A stretch of 64,000 bases of DNA from an uncultured Bacteroides sp. (GTDB lineage Bacteria > Bacteroidota > Bacteroidia > Bacteroidales > UBA11471). The DNA lies in the NCBI GenBank assembly GCA_963931635.1, contig OZ007034.1, forward strand, positions 2,437,883 through 2,501,882, written 5' to 3'. Positions within the stretch are counted from its first letter, which is position 1, and every line of letters begins with the position of its first letter. The notes beneath the pieces were generated by a model. It was not told the DNA's origin and did no database searches. It saw only the letters and a list, made by a program, of their open reading frames with translations. Of the stretch, positions 1-8,587 are shown piece after piece. The position numbers and the translations under genes were made by a program.

Positions 1-114
1 GTTCGTCGATATTGATGAACTTCGGTGTAAAGAGGAGTTCCGCGATCTGTCTATTCAAGAATGTTTTGAACGACTTTTTTAGAAAATATAGTCTTTGTTT
101 TTTGATATTTATTG

Positions 115-145
115 AAAAAGAGGCGAGAAGGACGCCTTTTTATGG
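115..145 (+). terminator. Putative rho-independent terminator (weak)
   Basis: aaaaagAGGCGagaaggaCGCCTtttttat has a 5-bp GC core extendable by G-U/A-U pairs, then a T-run. It lies ~35 nt after an in-frame stop (80-82) of a reading frame entering from the left edge. Confidence 0.4.
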
Positions 146-271
146 ATTTTTTCCCGGGACAAAAACGGGACAAAACACAAGATTATTATGTCAAACATAA
201 AAAGAGAGGTATTGATAATGAGCCGTTTGGGAAGTCATATACCCCCAAACAGTTCTCGCCACCCCGACGTA

Positions 272-304
272 ATGCCACACAACGATGTTGTGTGGCATTT
301 TTGT
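272..304 (+). terminator. Rho-independent terminator
   Basis: Perfect 11-bp stem TGCCACACAAC (273-283) / GTTGTGTGGCA (287-297) with a 3-nt loop GAT, followed by TTTTTGT. Confidence 0.7.
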
Positions 305-330
305 AACCTCTTTTATCCTTATTAGCTACT

Positions 331-380
331 CTTCTTTATACAAAAAAACAAACCGATAATACCACCATTTGGGGCTGGTG
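331..380 (-). terminator. Rho-independent terminator of cstA
   Basis: AAACCGATAA (340-349) pairs with TTATCGGTTT (371-380), and the stem extends further to ~15 bp. On the minus strand it is followed by GTTTTTTTG. It starts 38 nt after the cstA stop. Confidence 0.75.
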
Positions 381-417
381 TTATCGGTTTGATCGATTAT
401 TGGGGCAGGAGTCTCGT

Positions 418-1881
418 TTACAGTTTCTCGTGGTCACTACTCATGTGCGGTCGGCGAATAAAGAAATAGATGGCCGACACGGCAACGGCAACTATCGATA
501 TGACGACCGATGTGGTATAAGACAGGGCTATACCCGAGCGGTCGAAGAGAATGTAGGTAAGAACTACCGCCATCATGAAAAGAGCCGGTATGAGGGTAAT
601 CCAGTAGGGCTTCTTCTGCTGTGCCAAGTACACGGTAATAGCCCACAGGGTAAATACGGCCAGAGTCTGGTTGCTCCAAGCGAAGTAGCGCCATATTTTC
701 TCAAAACCGGCAGGATCGGCGAGATTATAGATGAGAATGACAATGGCAATTACAAAAAGCGGCACACATATCATCAGCCGTTTGATGATACTGCGCTGTT
801 CCATGTGCAGGAAATCGGCAACAATGAGCCGCGCCGAGCGGAATGCGGTGTCGCCCGAGGTGATGGGGGCAGCCACCACTCCCAGTATGGCCAAGGCTCC
901 TCCTACAATGCCCAACCAGCCTTTTGATATGGTGTTGACGATGATGGCCGAGTTTCCGTTAACCTTGGCAGGTTCGGTAACGCCAAAAAACGATTGCCCT
1001 TCGGGACTGAAAAAGTAGGTGGCAGCTGCTGCCCATATCAGGGCCACAATGCCTTCGGTAACCATGGCTCCGTAGAAGATGTAGCGACCTTGCCGTTCAT
1101 TGGTCATGCAACGGGCCATCAACGGTGATTGTGTGGCGTGAAAACCCGAGATGGCTCCACAGGCAATGCTGATGAAGAGCATGGGGAATATGGGATTGTT
1201 TGCCGTGTCTCCAATCTTGTTTTCCAGTCCGTCGGTAACCTCGGGAATAGCCGGGAACGACACAAAAAGCATGACGAGAATACCTATGGCCATGAAGATA
1301 AGGGCTATGGCAAACACAGGATAAATCTTTCCGATGATTTTGTCGATGGGGAACATCGTTGCCAGGATGTAGTAGGCAAAGATGACGAAAATCCAGAAAG
1401 TGGAATCGAGATGTTCGGGCGTGAGCATCGCCAGCAGGTCGGCGGGACCGGCAACAAAGACAACACCCACCAGAATCATGAGTATGACGGTGAAGGCGCG
1501 CATTATCACCTTGGCTGTACTGCCCAGGTAGCGACCGATGGTCTCGGGCAGACTCTCGCCGTTGTGCCGTAAAGAAATCATGCCGGACATGAAATCGTGT
1601 ACGGCACCGGCAAAGATGGTTCCGAAGACAATCCACAGGAACGACGAGGCACCAAACTTGGCTCCCATGATAGCGCCGAAAATCGGCCCCAGTCCGGCAA
1701 TGTTAAGAAATTGAATCATAAAGATTTTCCACCCTGACATAGGTACAAAATCCACACCATCGGGGTTGGCGATGGCCGGTGTCTTTCGGGCCGGCTCTAT
1801 TCCGAAAACCTTTTCGACGAATTTCCCGTAGGTAAAAAATCCGACAATTAGGGCAACTAATGCAATACAAAAAGAAATCAT
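418..1881 (-). CDS. cstA: Carbon starvation protein A (CstA family peptide/pyruvate transporter)
   Basis: ORF 418..2001 trimmed to the ATG at 1881 (MISFCIALVALIVGFFTYGKFVEKVFG...). It is a long polytopic membrane protein with a CstA-like N-terminus. The 40-codon upstream extension is non-membrane and overlaps the neighbouring gene. Confidence 0.9.
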   Translation of the reverse strand: MISFCIALVALIVGFFTYGKFVEKVFGIEPARKTPAIANPDGVDFVPMSGWKIFMIQFLNIAGLGPIFGAIMGAKFGASSFLWIVFGTIFAGAVHDFMSGMISLRHNGESLPETIGRYLGSTAKVIMRAFTVILMILVGVVFVAGPADLLAMLTPEHLDSTFWIFVIFAYYILATMFPIDKIIGKIYPVFAIALIFMAIGILVMLFVSFPAIPEVTDGLENKIGDTANNPIFPMLFISIACGAISGFHATQSPLMARCMTNERQGRYIFYGAMVTEGIVALIWAAAATYFFSPEGQSFFGVTEPAKVNGNSAIIVNTISKGWLGIVGGALAILGVVAAPITSGDTAFRSARLIVADFLHMEQRSIIKRLMICVPLFVIAIVILIYNLADPAGFEKIWRYFAWSNQTLAVFTLWAITVYLAQQKKPYWITLIPALFMMAVVLTYILFDRSGIALSYTTSVVISIVAVAVSAIYFFIRRPHMSSDHEKL

Positions 1882-1888
1882 AGTATTA

Positions 1889-3451
1889 TTAATTTTTGAG
1901 ATATGTATGAGCAAGAGCTTCGGCGCACCGTTCACCGTCGATGGCTGCCGATACGATGCCGCCGGCATATCCGGCGCCTTCGCCGCATGGATACAGACCA
2001 TTGAGGCGAACGTGATGCAACAACTCGCTGTCGCGCGGAATGCGTACCGGAGAGGAGGTGCGGGTTTCGACTCCTATCATGAGAGCTTCCCGTGTGAGAA
2101 ACCCGTGTGAAATCTGCCCGAAATGGAGGAATCCCTGACGCAGCCTGTCGGCGATAAAGGGGGGCATCCAGAAGTGCAGTGGAGAGGATAGAACACCGGG
2201 GGCGTAGGAGGTCGAAGGCAAATCGGCCGACACTTTCCGATTGACAAAGTCGGTCATGCGTTGGGCAGGAGCTGTCTGTCGGCAGTTGCCATTGACGAAG
2301 CACTGGTATTCCAGTTCCTCCTGAAACTTGATGCCGGCCAGCACGCCATCAACATCATGGCCGGGCAGGTCTTCGGGGCGTATCTCTACAACCATACCCG
2401 AATTGGCCCATCGTGAACCGCGATTGGAGGGCGACATGCCGTTTACGACCAGTTGGTTCTGGCCGCTTGCTGCCGGGACGACAAAGCCGCCCGGGCACAT
2501 GCAGAACGAGTACACGCCACGGCCATCGACCTGGGTTACAAAACTGTACTCAGCCGCAGGCAGATACTTGCCCCGGCCTTCGGGACTGTGATATTGTATG
2601 CGGTCGATGAGTTCTTGGGGATGTTCAAGCCGTACACCGACAGCAAATCCCTTGGCTTCCAACTCAATATGGTTTTTATACAGATAACGATATACGTCGC
2701 GGGCTGAGTGTCCCGTTGCAAGAATCACGGGGCCGTAGAAGAGTTTCCCGTCGTGTGACTTGACACCTTTTATTTCGTCTTTCTCAACAATCAATTCGTC
2801 AACGCGCGTGCCGAAATGTACCTCGCCGCCCGACTGCAAAATGGTATTGCGGATATTCTCGATGACGCGGGGTAACTTGTCGGTACCTATGTGGGGATGT
2901 GCATCGGCAAGTATGGCAGGAGAGGCCCCGTGCTGGCACAGAATAGCCAGGATACGTTCTACCGAGCCTCTCTTCTTGCTGCGGGTATAGAGTTTCCCGT
3001 CGGAAAAGGCACCGGCTCCGCCCTCGCCAAAACAGTAGTTCGACTCGTCGTTGACGATGTGTTCGCGACTGATGCGGGCAATGTCTTTACGGCGCTGGTG
3101 GACGTCCTGTCCACGTTCCAGTACGACTGGGCACATACCCAGCTCGATGAGCCGCAACGCGGCAAAAAGTCCTGCCGGACCGGCTCCGACGACAATGGCC
3201 TCGGGACGGTCGGCCACGTCGAGGTATTGTATGGGGTGGAAAAGTCCTTCTGCGGGCTTTTCGTTGATGTAGATGCGTATCGTGAGATTGACCATTACCT
3301 GCCGTTTGCGGGCATCGATGGAGCGTTTCAGCACGCTGACAGCCTCGACCTCGCGGGGATTCAAGGCATACTCCCGACACACAAAGTCTTTGATACTGCT
3401 TTCCGAAGCAGCCTGACGGGGCAGGAGGCGTATGGAGAGTTCTTTTATCAT
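1889..3451 (-). CDS. NAD(P)/FAD-dependent oxidoreductase (COG2509-like FAD-dependent dehydrogenase)
   Basis: 520 aa with the dinucleotide-binding motif VVGAGPAGLFAAL. The overall architecture matches the uncharacterised FAD-dependent dehydrogenase family. It is tightly packed between radA and cstA. Confidence 0.8.
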   Translation of the reverse strand: MIKELSIRLLPRQAASESSIKDFVCREYALNPREVEAVSVLKRSIDARKRQVMVNLTIRIYINEKPAEGLFHPIQYLDVADRPEAIVVGAGPAGLFAALRLIELGMCPVVLERGQDVHQRRKDIARISREHIVNDESNYCFGEGGAGAFSDGKLYTRSKKRGSVERILAILCQHGASPAILADAHPHIGTDKLPRVIENIRNTILQSGGEVHFGTRVDELIVEKDEIKGVKSHDGKLFYGPVILATGHSARDVYRYLYKNHIELEAKGFAVGVRLEHPQELIDRIQYHSPEGRGKYLPAAEYSFVTQVDGRGVYSFCMCPGGFVVPAASGQNQLVVNGMSPSNRGSRWANSGMVVEIRPEDLPGHDVDGVLAGIKFQEELEYQCFVNGNCRQTAPAQRMTDFVNRKVSADLPSTSYAPGVLSSPLHFWMPPFIADRLRQGFLHFGQISHGFLTREALMIGVETRTSSPVRIPRDSELLHHVRLNGLYPCGEGAGYAGGIVSAAIDGERCAEALAHTYLKN

Positions 3452-3453
3452 GA

Positions 3454-4824
3454 TTATCCGAATAACTGGCGGAATGCTTCGTCGACTTTCCGCACCGGTG
3501 TGATTTCGATTTGCAGACGTTTGGCATCAAGGCCTTTTAGGTTGTGGACAGGCACGAGTATTTTCCCGAAGCCCAGCTTCTCGGCTTCGAGAATGCGCTG
3601 TTCTACCCGGGTTACGGGACGTATCTCGCCCGACAGGCCCACTTCGCCGGTCATGGCGATGTGCGGGTCTATGGCGATGTCCATGTTGGATGACAAGACC
3701 GCGCTGATAACTCCCAGGTCCATGGCGGGGTCGTTGACTTTAAGTCCGCCGGCGATATTGAGAAAGACATCTTTCTGGGCCAATTTGAAGCCGACCCGTT
3801 TTTCCAGCACAGCCAGCAACATATTCATGCGGCGTAGGTCAAAACCCGTAGCCGACCTTTGCGGCGTACCGTAGGCGGCTGTGCTCACAAGCGACTGCAC
3901 CTCGATAAGAAACGGGCGTATGCCTTCGATGGCGGCTGATATGGCGATGCCGCTCAATCCTTCACGCTCCTGGGTGAGGAGCAGTTCCGAGGGATTGCTC
4001 ACTTCACGAAGACCGTTTTGCAACATTTCGTAGATACCCAACTCGGCGGTGCTGCCGAAACGGTTCTTTATCGAGCGCAGTATGCGGTACATATAGTGAC
4101 GGTCGCCCTCGAACTGCAATACGGTGTCGACAATGTGTTCGAGCACTTTGGGTCCGGCAATGCTTCCCTCTTTGTTGATGTGGCCGATGAGCAGCACGGG
4201 GGTGTGTGATTCCTTGGCAAATTTGAGTATGGCAGCGGCACATTCCCTTACTTGCGAGATGCTGCCCGGCGAGGATTCGATGTTCTGTGTCGAGATGGTC
4301 TGAATGGAATCGACGACGACAATGTCGGGCTGTACATTGCGTATGTGAGTGAATATCTCTTCGAGAAGAGTCTCGCACACAATGTAGCACTCGGTATTGT
4401 TGCGCTGCAACCTGTCGGCCCGCATTTTCAACTGCCGGGCACTCTCTTCACCCGATACATAGAGTACCTTCTTTCCCTGCAAACCCAGTACGGTCTGCAA
4501 TATGAGTGTCGATTTTCCAATGCCGGGTTCGCCCCCAATCAGCACCATGGAGCCGGGGACAAGCCCGCCACCCAGTACCCGGTTGAGCTCACCATCGTGC
4601 AGATCGATGCGCTCTTCGCGCGAGACCGATATCTCGTCGAGCCGCTGGGGTTGGGTACGTGCCGTTTCGTTGCTGTATGCCACCCGTTGCGAAGCGGCCG
4701 GTTTGGCACTTACGACCTCCTCGGTGTAGCTGTTCCACTCACCGCACGAAGGACATTTCCCGAGCCATTTGGGCGATTCGGCCCCACATTGGGTACATAC
4801 ATATATCGTTTTGAGTTTGGCCAT
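3454..4824 (-). CDS. radA: DNA repair protein RadA/Sms
   Basis: N-terminal zinc ribbon (CTQCGAESPKWLGKCPSCGEW), Walker A GEPGIGKST, and a C-terminal Lon-protease-like domain. Confidence 0.97.
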   Translation of the reverse strand: MAKLKTIYVCTQCGAESPKWLGKCPSCGEWNSYTEEVVSAKPAASQRVAYSNETARTQPQRLDEISVSREERIDLHDGELNRVLGGGLVPGSMVLIGGEPGIGKSTLILQTVLGLQGKKVLYVSGEESARQLKMRADRLQRNNTECYIVCETLLEEIFTHIRNVQPDIVVVDSIQTISTQNIESSPGSISQVRECAAAILKFAKESHTPVLLIGHINKEGSIAGPKVLEHIVDTVLQFEGDRHYMYRILRSIKNRFGSTAELGIYEMLQNGLREVSNPSELLLTQEREGLSGIAISAAIEGIRPFLIEVQSLVSTAAYGTPQRSATGFDLRRMNMLLAVLEKRVGFKLAQKDVFLNIAGGLKVNDPAMDLGVISAVLSSNMDIAIDPHIAMTGEVGLSGEIRPVTRVEQRILEAEKLGFGKILVPVHNLKGLDAKRLQIEITPVRKVDEAFRQLFG

Positions 4825-4848
4825 ATCGTTGATATAGAAAAGATGTTA

Positions 4849-4856
4849 CAAAGATA
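4849..4856 (-). promoter_or_regulatory. Bacteroidetes -7 promoter box (TAnnTTTG) for radA operon
   Basis: Minus-strand TATCTTTG, 25 nt upstream of the radA ATG. Confidence 0.45.
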
Positions 4857-4913
4857 GCGTTTTCTCTACGATTTACTTCTTTTAAAGATGCAGAATATGA
4901 CAGATTATATTCG

Positions 4914-4957
4914 GGAAAAAGACGGGCTGCGGCGAGACCCAATTCTGCCGCAGCCCG
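4914..4957 (-). terminator. Rho-independent terminator of the 4990..5496 gene
   Basis: Perfect 11-bp stem CGGGCTGCGGC (4923-4933) / GCCGCAGCCCG (4947-4957) with a T-rich tail on the minus strand. Confidence 0.7.
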
Positions 4958-4989
4958 TTGCGATGTGTAAAAGAGGTGTGGGGAAGTGA

Positions 4990-5496
4990 TTATTTCTTCA
5001 TCTTTTCCCGAGACATATCCTGTTTGTCCCCCTCTTTCCGGTCAGACTTCTTCGAGTCGTTATCGTGTTTCTTATCTGAGTTCCACGAAGTTGCCTTCCT
5101 GGATTCTCCGGCAAATGCCGGCATGGCCATCATGGCAGCCTGCTGTTCGGGGGTAAGTATCTTTTTTATCTCTTCACACTGGTTCTTATGACGGTTTTTC
5201 TGCTCTTTGCGCATCTGCCCGATTTGTGCGTTCATGACACTGTCGTTCTGATGGTTGCGCAACAAGATAGGATATATCTTACGGCACTGGCTGTCGGAGA
5301 GTTGCAGCAGGGTTTTCATCTGTTGGGTCTGGGCCTTCGCGGCTTCGGTTGCACTGGTCGGGTGTTTTTTGTTTTCGTCTTTATTGGCACGCATTTCTTT
5401 GTTCCGATTGTCAGAGGTAGCACGCATCGGCTGTTGGGCCATGACGGTTGTAGAGAGAAAACTCAACAGAAGCAGGGGAAATAGAATCTTTTTCAT
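4990..5496 (-). CDS. Secreted hypothetical protein (K/E/Q-rich, LTPEQ motif; Spy/CpxP- or DUF4890-like periplasmic protein)
   Basis: Clear signal peptide MKKILFPLLLLSFLSTTVMAQQ. The mature part is low-complexity and charged, with an LTxxQ-type motif (KILTPEQQAAM). Confidence 0.6.
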   Translation of the reverse strand: MKKILFPLLLLSFLSTTVMAQQPMRATSDNRNKEMRANKDENKKHPTSATEAAKAQTQQMKTLLQLSDSQCRKIYPILLRNHQNDSVMNAQIGQMRKEQKNRHKNQCEEIKKILTPEQQAAMMAMPAFAGESRKATSWNSDKKHDNDSKKSDRKEGDKQDMSREKMKK

Positions 5497-5618
5497 GACA
5501 GTATGATTTATGAATAAAATATTTATCCATAAGACAGTCGAAACATGGAAAAAGTTCTTGTGAAATGACCTTTTTTATCTTTTTTCAGACAAGCCGCAAA
5601 GGGTGAGGGGGCGACTGT

Positions 5619-6077
5619 TCAGCGATTGTCCATATCGCTGTATGCCGGTATGCCGGGAAGGAAGTGGCAGGTGTGATTCGCATAGTCGACCCAACAGGCA
5701 TAGTGAACAATACCGTTCGACACGATAAGATAGCGCACCTGCAATACTGTGTTGTAACGGACTATCTGGTCAAAAACAGCTTGGGTAATTTCGACGTGTG
5801 GCGCTTTGTACTCGACAATAACAAGAGGCTCTCCGCACAAATCGTACACTACGGTATCGCAACGGCGTTTACGCCCGTTCTGCAACAGGGATATTTCGTT
5901 GCCCACACGGCCCGCAGGAAAACCTTTTTCTTCTATAAGGTAGCGCACAAAGTGTTGTCGCACCCACTCTTCGGGAGTCAGCGACACAAAGCGGCGGCGC
6001 AACTCGTCATATATGAGAGACTTGTCGCCATCGGCTTTTATGCGGAAGGTATAGGCAGGAAGATTTAAAGCAATCAT
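5619..6077 (-). CDS. HsdR N-terminal-domain-like small protein (stand-alone PD-(D/E)xK-type domain)
   Basis: 152 aa. It contains D...(V)EYK (RCDTVVYD ... LVIVEYKAP), typical of the HsdR_N / PD-(D/E)xK fold. No other restriction-modification genes are nearby. Confidence 0.7.
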   Translation of the reverse strand: MIALNLPAYTFRIKADGDKSLIYDELRRRFVSLTPEEWVRQHFVRYLIEEKGFPAGRVGNEISLLQNGRKRRCDTVVYDLCGEPLVIVEYKAPHVEITQAVFDQIVRYNTVLQVRYLIVSNGIVHYACWVDYANHTCHFLPGIPAYSDMDNR

Positions 6078-6126
6078 TCGTCGACAATCATTTGCGCGTC
6101 ACACTAAGATTCGCTAATTTTACCTC

Positions 6127-6134
6127 CAAAATTA
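6127..6134 (-). promoter_or_regulatory. -7 promoter box (TAnnTTTG) for 5619..6077
   Basis: Minus-strand TAATTTTG, 50 nt upstream of the ATG at 6077. Confidence 0.4.
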
Positions 6135-6177
6135 CGGAAAAAAGGCATATCCCGCCAAATAATTGTTTGCAAGAAAT

Positions 6178-7203
6178 ATGGCACAGAAGGAACCGCAAGG
6201 TCACATACCCATCATTGCCGATGTACGCCGCAAGGCATTCAAACCTGTATATCTGCTTATGGGAGAGGAGCCTTACTATATCGACCTGATTACCGATGAA
6301 ATTGTGAGAAACGCACTCTCCGACGATGAACGTGATTTCAACCAGACCATCGTGTACGGGGCCGACTGTGATATGCCAGCCATTCTGACGGCTGCCCGTC
6401 GCTATCCGATGATGGCCGAGCGGCAGTTGGTGGTCGTCAAGGAGATGCAGATGATGCGCAGCATCGACGATTTGCTGCTTTATTTGCAAAATCCGCAACC
6501 TACGACCGTACTAGTGCTGAATTATAAAAACGGCACTCTGAAAAACAAGAAAATCGTGGCCGAAATCAGTCGGCAAGGCATCGTGTATGAATCGAAAAGG
6601 ATATACGACAGCCAGTTGCCGGCTTTTGTGTCGGGATATGCCCATGATAAAAACATCGCCATTGACGACCGGGCTTCAGGTATGCTGTGCGAAGCGATAG
6701 GGGCCAACCTGTCGCGAATGGCCGGTGAACTCGACAAATTGAGTGTCTTGCTCTCCATGTCGGGCGAAAAGCGCATTACCGCCGATATGGTGGAGTTGCA
6801 TATCGGCATCAGCAAGGAGTTCAACAACAGCGAGCTGATAAAGGCCCTGTCTCAGCGCGATCTCTTGAAGGCCAACCGCATTATAAAATACTACGGACAG
6901 AATTCAAAATCGGACCAGCCCTTTATTGCCTTCGGTTCGTTGTTTACCTATTTTTCCAATCTTCTGTTGCTGCACTATTCGCCGTGTCCCAAGAACAACA
7001 ACGGCATCATGTCGGAGTTGGGGGTAAACTGGTATGCTGCCGAAGATTATGTCAACGGCCTCCGTCTCTACAAGGCCTCCAAGTGTGTCGAGATTATTTC
7101 GGATATACGACGCTACGATGCCCGATCAAAAGGAGTGGAGTGTGCTCCCGACACGTCGATATGCGATTTGCTGCAAGAACTCGTTTTCAAAATCACGCAT
7201 TAA
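6178..7203 (+). CDS. holA: DNA polymerase III subunit delta
   Basis: ORF 6163..7203 begins at a TTG; I prefer the first ATG at 6178. It has a delta-subunit N-terminal pattern (PVYLLMGEEPYYID...) and the expected length. Confidence 0.85.
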   Translation: MAQKEPQGHIPIIADVRRKAFKPVYLLMGEEPYYIDLITDEIVRNALSDDERDFNQTIVYGADCDMPAILTAARRYPMMAERQLVVVKEMQMMRSIDDLLLYLQNPQPTTVLVLNYKNGTLKNKKIVAEISRQGIVYESKRIYDSQLPAFVSGYAHDKNIAIDDRASGMLCEAIGANLSRMAGELDKLSVLLSMSGEKRITADMVELHIGISKEFNNSELIKALSQRDLLKANRIIKYYGQNSKSDQPFIAFGSLFTYFSNLLLLHYSPCPKNNNGIMSELGVNWYAAEDYVNGLRLYKASKCVEIISDIRRYDARSKGVECAPDTSICDLLQELVFKITH

Positions 7204-7250
7204 CTTACTTTATCCCGCCATTGTGTCGGGAATACATCATTCATTTTTTT

Positions 7251-7278
7251 AGCCGGACTCTTCTGAGTTCGGCTTTTT
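7251..7278 (+). terminator. Putative terminator of holA
   Basis: AGCCGGA ctcttctgag TTCGGCT (one G-U pair) followed by TTTTGG. Confidence 0.45.
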
Positions 7279-7936
7279 GGTGTAATAACATTTATAGTCA
7301 GTTGTTTATATCATAATTTACGATGAATTGGGGCGAAATCCTGCGCATATTTGCCAGCTCATCTGCCATCTACCGGGAAAAATAGCAGGAATCGTGCAAG
7401 AGGGTATAATATAGCCTGACTGTATATAAATATGCACAGAATGTATTAATAGAGTTATAAAATTGAACACATATATGAATGTATTTATAAACAATCGGAG
7501 TGTTTCATAAATACACATAAGAGTGTGTTTATATAAATACATTCTATATGATTACATAAATAAACATAGTCAACAACCGTAATAAAACGCAAAAAAGACG
7601 TTTTTTTCTAAATTAATAAATATGTGTATATAAGTTTATTATAACATTCTATTCAAGAAGAAATTTAATAAATAGAAGAGGGGCATTGTTCTATACTTCC
7701 GAATCCAGCTCTATGACTGCGATTAATTGTCTGTATATATTTATATACAACTATATATCAATAAATTGTATGGATTGTATAAACTTTTGAATAAACTATT
7801 TGTACGACTGTTTATAAGAATGAATTTATGAATATAAATCTGTGTACACAATATTGAATTTTGAAAATTGAATTTTATGATGTATCTTTGTGAATTGATA
7901 ATGAAATCATGAATTTATCTTTATAAACCACCCAAA
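7279..7936. other. Long AT-rich, palindrome-dense non-coding region
   Basis: There is no credible ORF. Recurrent TGTWTATAAAYA-like words occur throughout. Inverted repeat 7477-7493 / 7526-7544, palindromes 7732-7749 and 7841-7850. Confidence 0.6.
7883..7890 (+). promoter_or_regulatory. -7 promoter box (TAnnTTTG) for the HTH regulator gene
   Basis: TATCTTTG, 47 nt upstream of the ATG at 7937. Confidence 0.5.
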
Positions 7937-8449
7937 ATGGAGGAAATGGAGCAACGCGACAAGGATTTGAAGGAGCGTATAAAGTGGCTTATCCGATATG
8001 ATAAACTCAACGATGCAACTTTTGCCCAAAAGGTGCAGACCAATCGATCGACCTTGTCTCAATGTCTGAACGGACCCAATGGGGTCAGCAAGGAACTGAT
8101 CATGAAAATTCATGATGCCTATCCTTCCCTGTCGCTCGAATGGCTCATGCTGGGCGATGGCACACCGTTCAAATCGGCTTCGGGTCAACAAGGTTCGGCT
8201 TTGAACCAAATTTACCGTCCCGAGAATGAGATAAAACGTACAGAGGTAAATGCCGTTCGTGAATATGCCAGGGATTTTGCCTCGGAAATGGTCCAGGACC
8301 GGACTTTATTTTCTGAAAACAAAGAGAATACACCCGCTGAAAATCCTGTTGGAACAGCACTCGAACCTATGGTAGAAAATCGGCGTGTGGTCAAAATCAT
8401 GGTATTCTACTCCGACAATACGTTCGAAACCTACTCTCTCGACAGTTAA
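7937..8449 (+). CDS. Helix-turn-helix (XRE/Cro-like) DNA-binding protein
   Basis: The N-terminal HTH (ATFAQKVQTNRSTLSQCLNG) is followed by the LSLEWLMLGDG motif typical of a small-regulator family widespread in Bacteroidales. The C-terminal half is not assignable. Confidence 0.75.
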   Translation: MEEMEQRDKDLKERIKWLIRYDKLNDATFAQKVQTNRSTLSQCLNGPNGVSKELIMKIHDAYPSLSLEWLMLGDGTPFKSASGQQGSALNQIYRPENEIKRTEVNAVREYARDFASEMVQDRTLFSENKENTPAENPVGTALEPMVENRRVVKIMVFYSDNTFETYSLDS

Positions 8450-8587
8450 GCCGGCACCAACCCTTTTACGATGGCTATATTGGCTCTCGTAAGGGATTCC
8501 TATTGATTATTCGGAGGGAGAACATTGTAACAACGGTTGCCACTCGCAGAGCGTGTCGCTGTTATCGATTTATTGAATCCGATTTAT

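Noticed and set aside
12-306. ORFs 12..200 and 112..306 at the left edge.
   Set aside because: Both read straight through terminator-like hairpins. One starts at a TTG. Their products are odd in composition, and neither has a promoter box.
400-1636. ORFs 400..927, 437..694, 731..1018, 1097..1636 and 1129..1572 overlapping cstA.
   Set aside because: These are shadow frames of the cstA membrane-protein gene and have no independent support.
1882-2001. N-terminal extensions of track ORFs. Examples are cstA to 2001, the aldo/keto reductase to 13061, DedA from 21880, Yip1-like to 25183, dgkA to 56549, LbH genes from 32398 and 36287, murB to 58341, and the hypothetical protein to 59256.
   Set aside because: The extensions start at TTG/GTG or overlap neighbouring genes or terminators. 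They lack similarity to the family N-termini, and internal ATGs give canonical N-termini or signal peptides.
7318-7542. 74-aa ORF in the AT-rich region downstream of holA.
   Set aside because: It has an AT-driven composition rich in I, Y, F and N, no promoter box, and spans the inverted repeats. It is more likely non-coding.
7204-7936. AT-rich repeat region as a chromosomal replication origin (oriC).
   Set aside because: I found no DnaA boxes (TTATCCACA / TGTGGATAA or one-mismatch variants), and no dnaA or dnaN is nearby.
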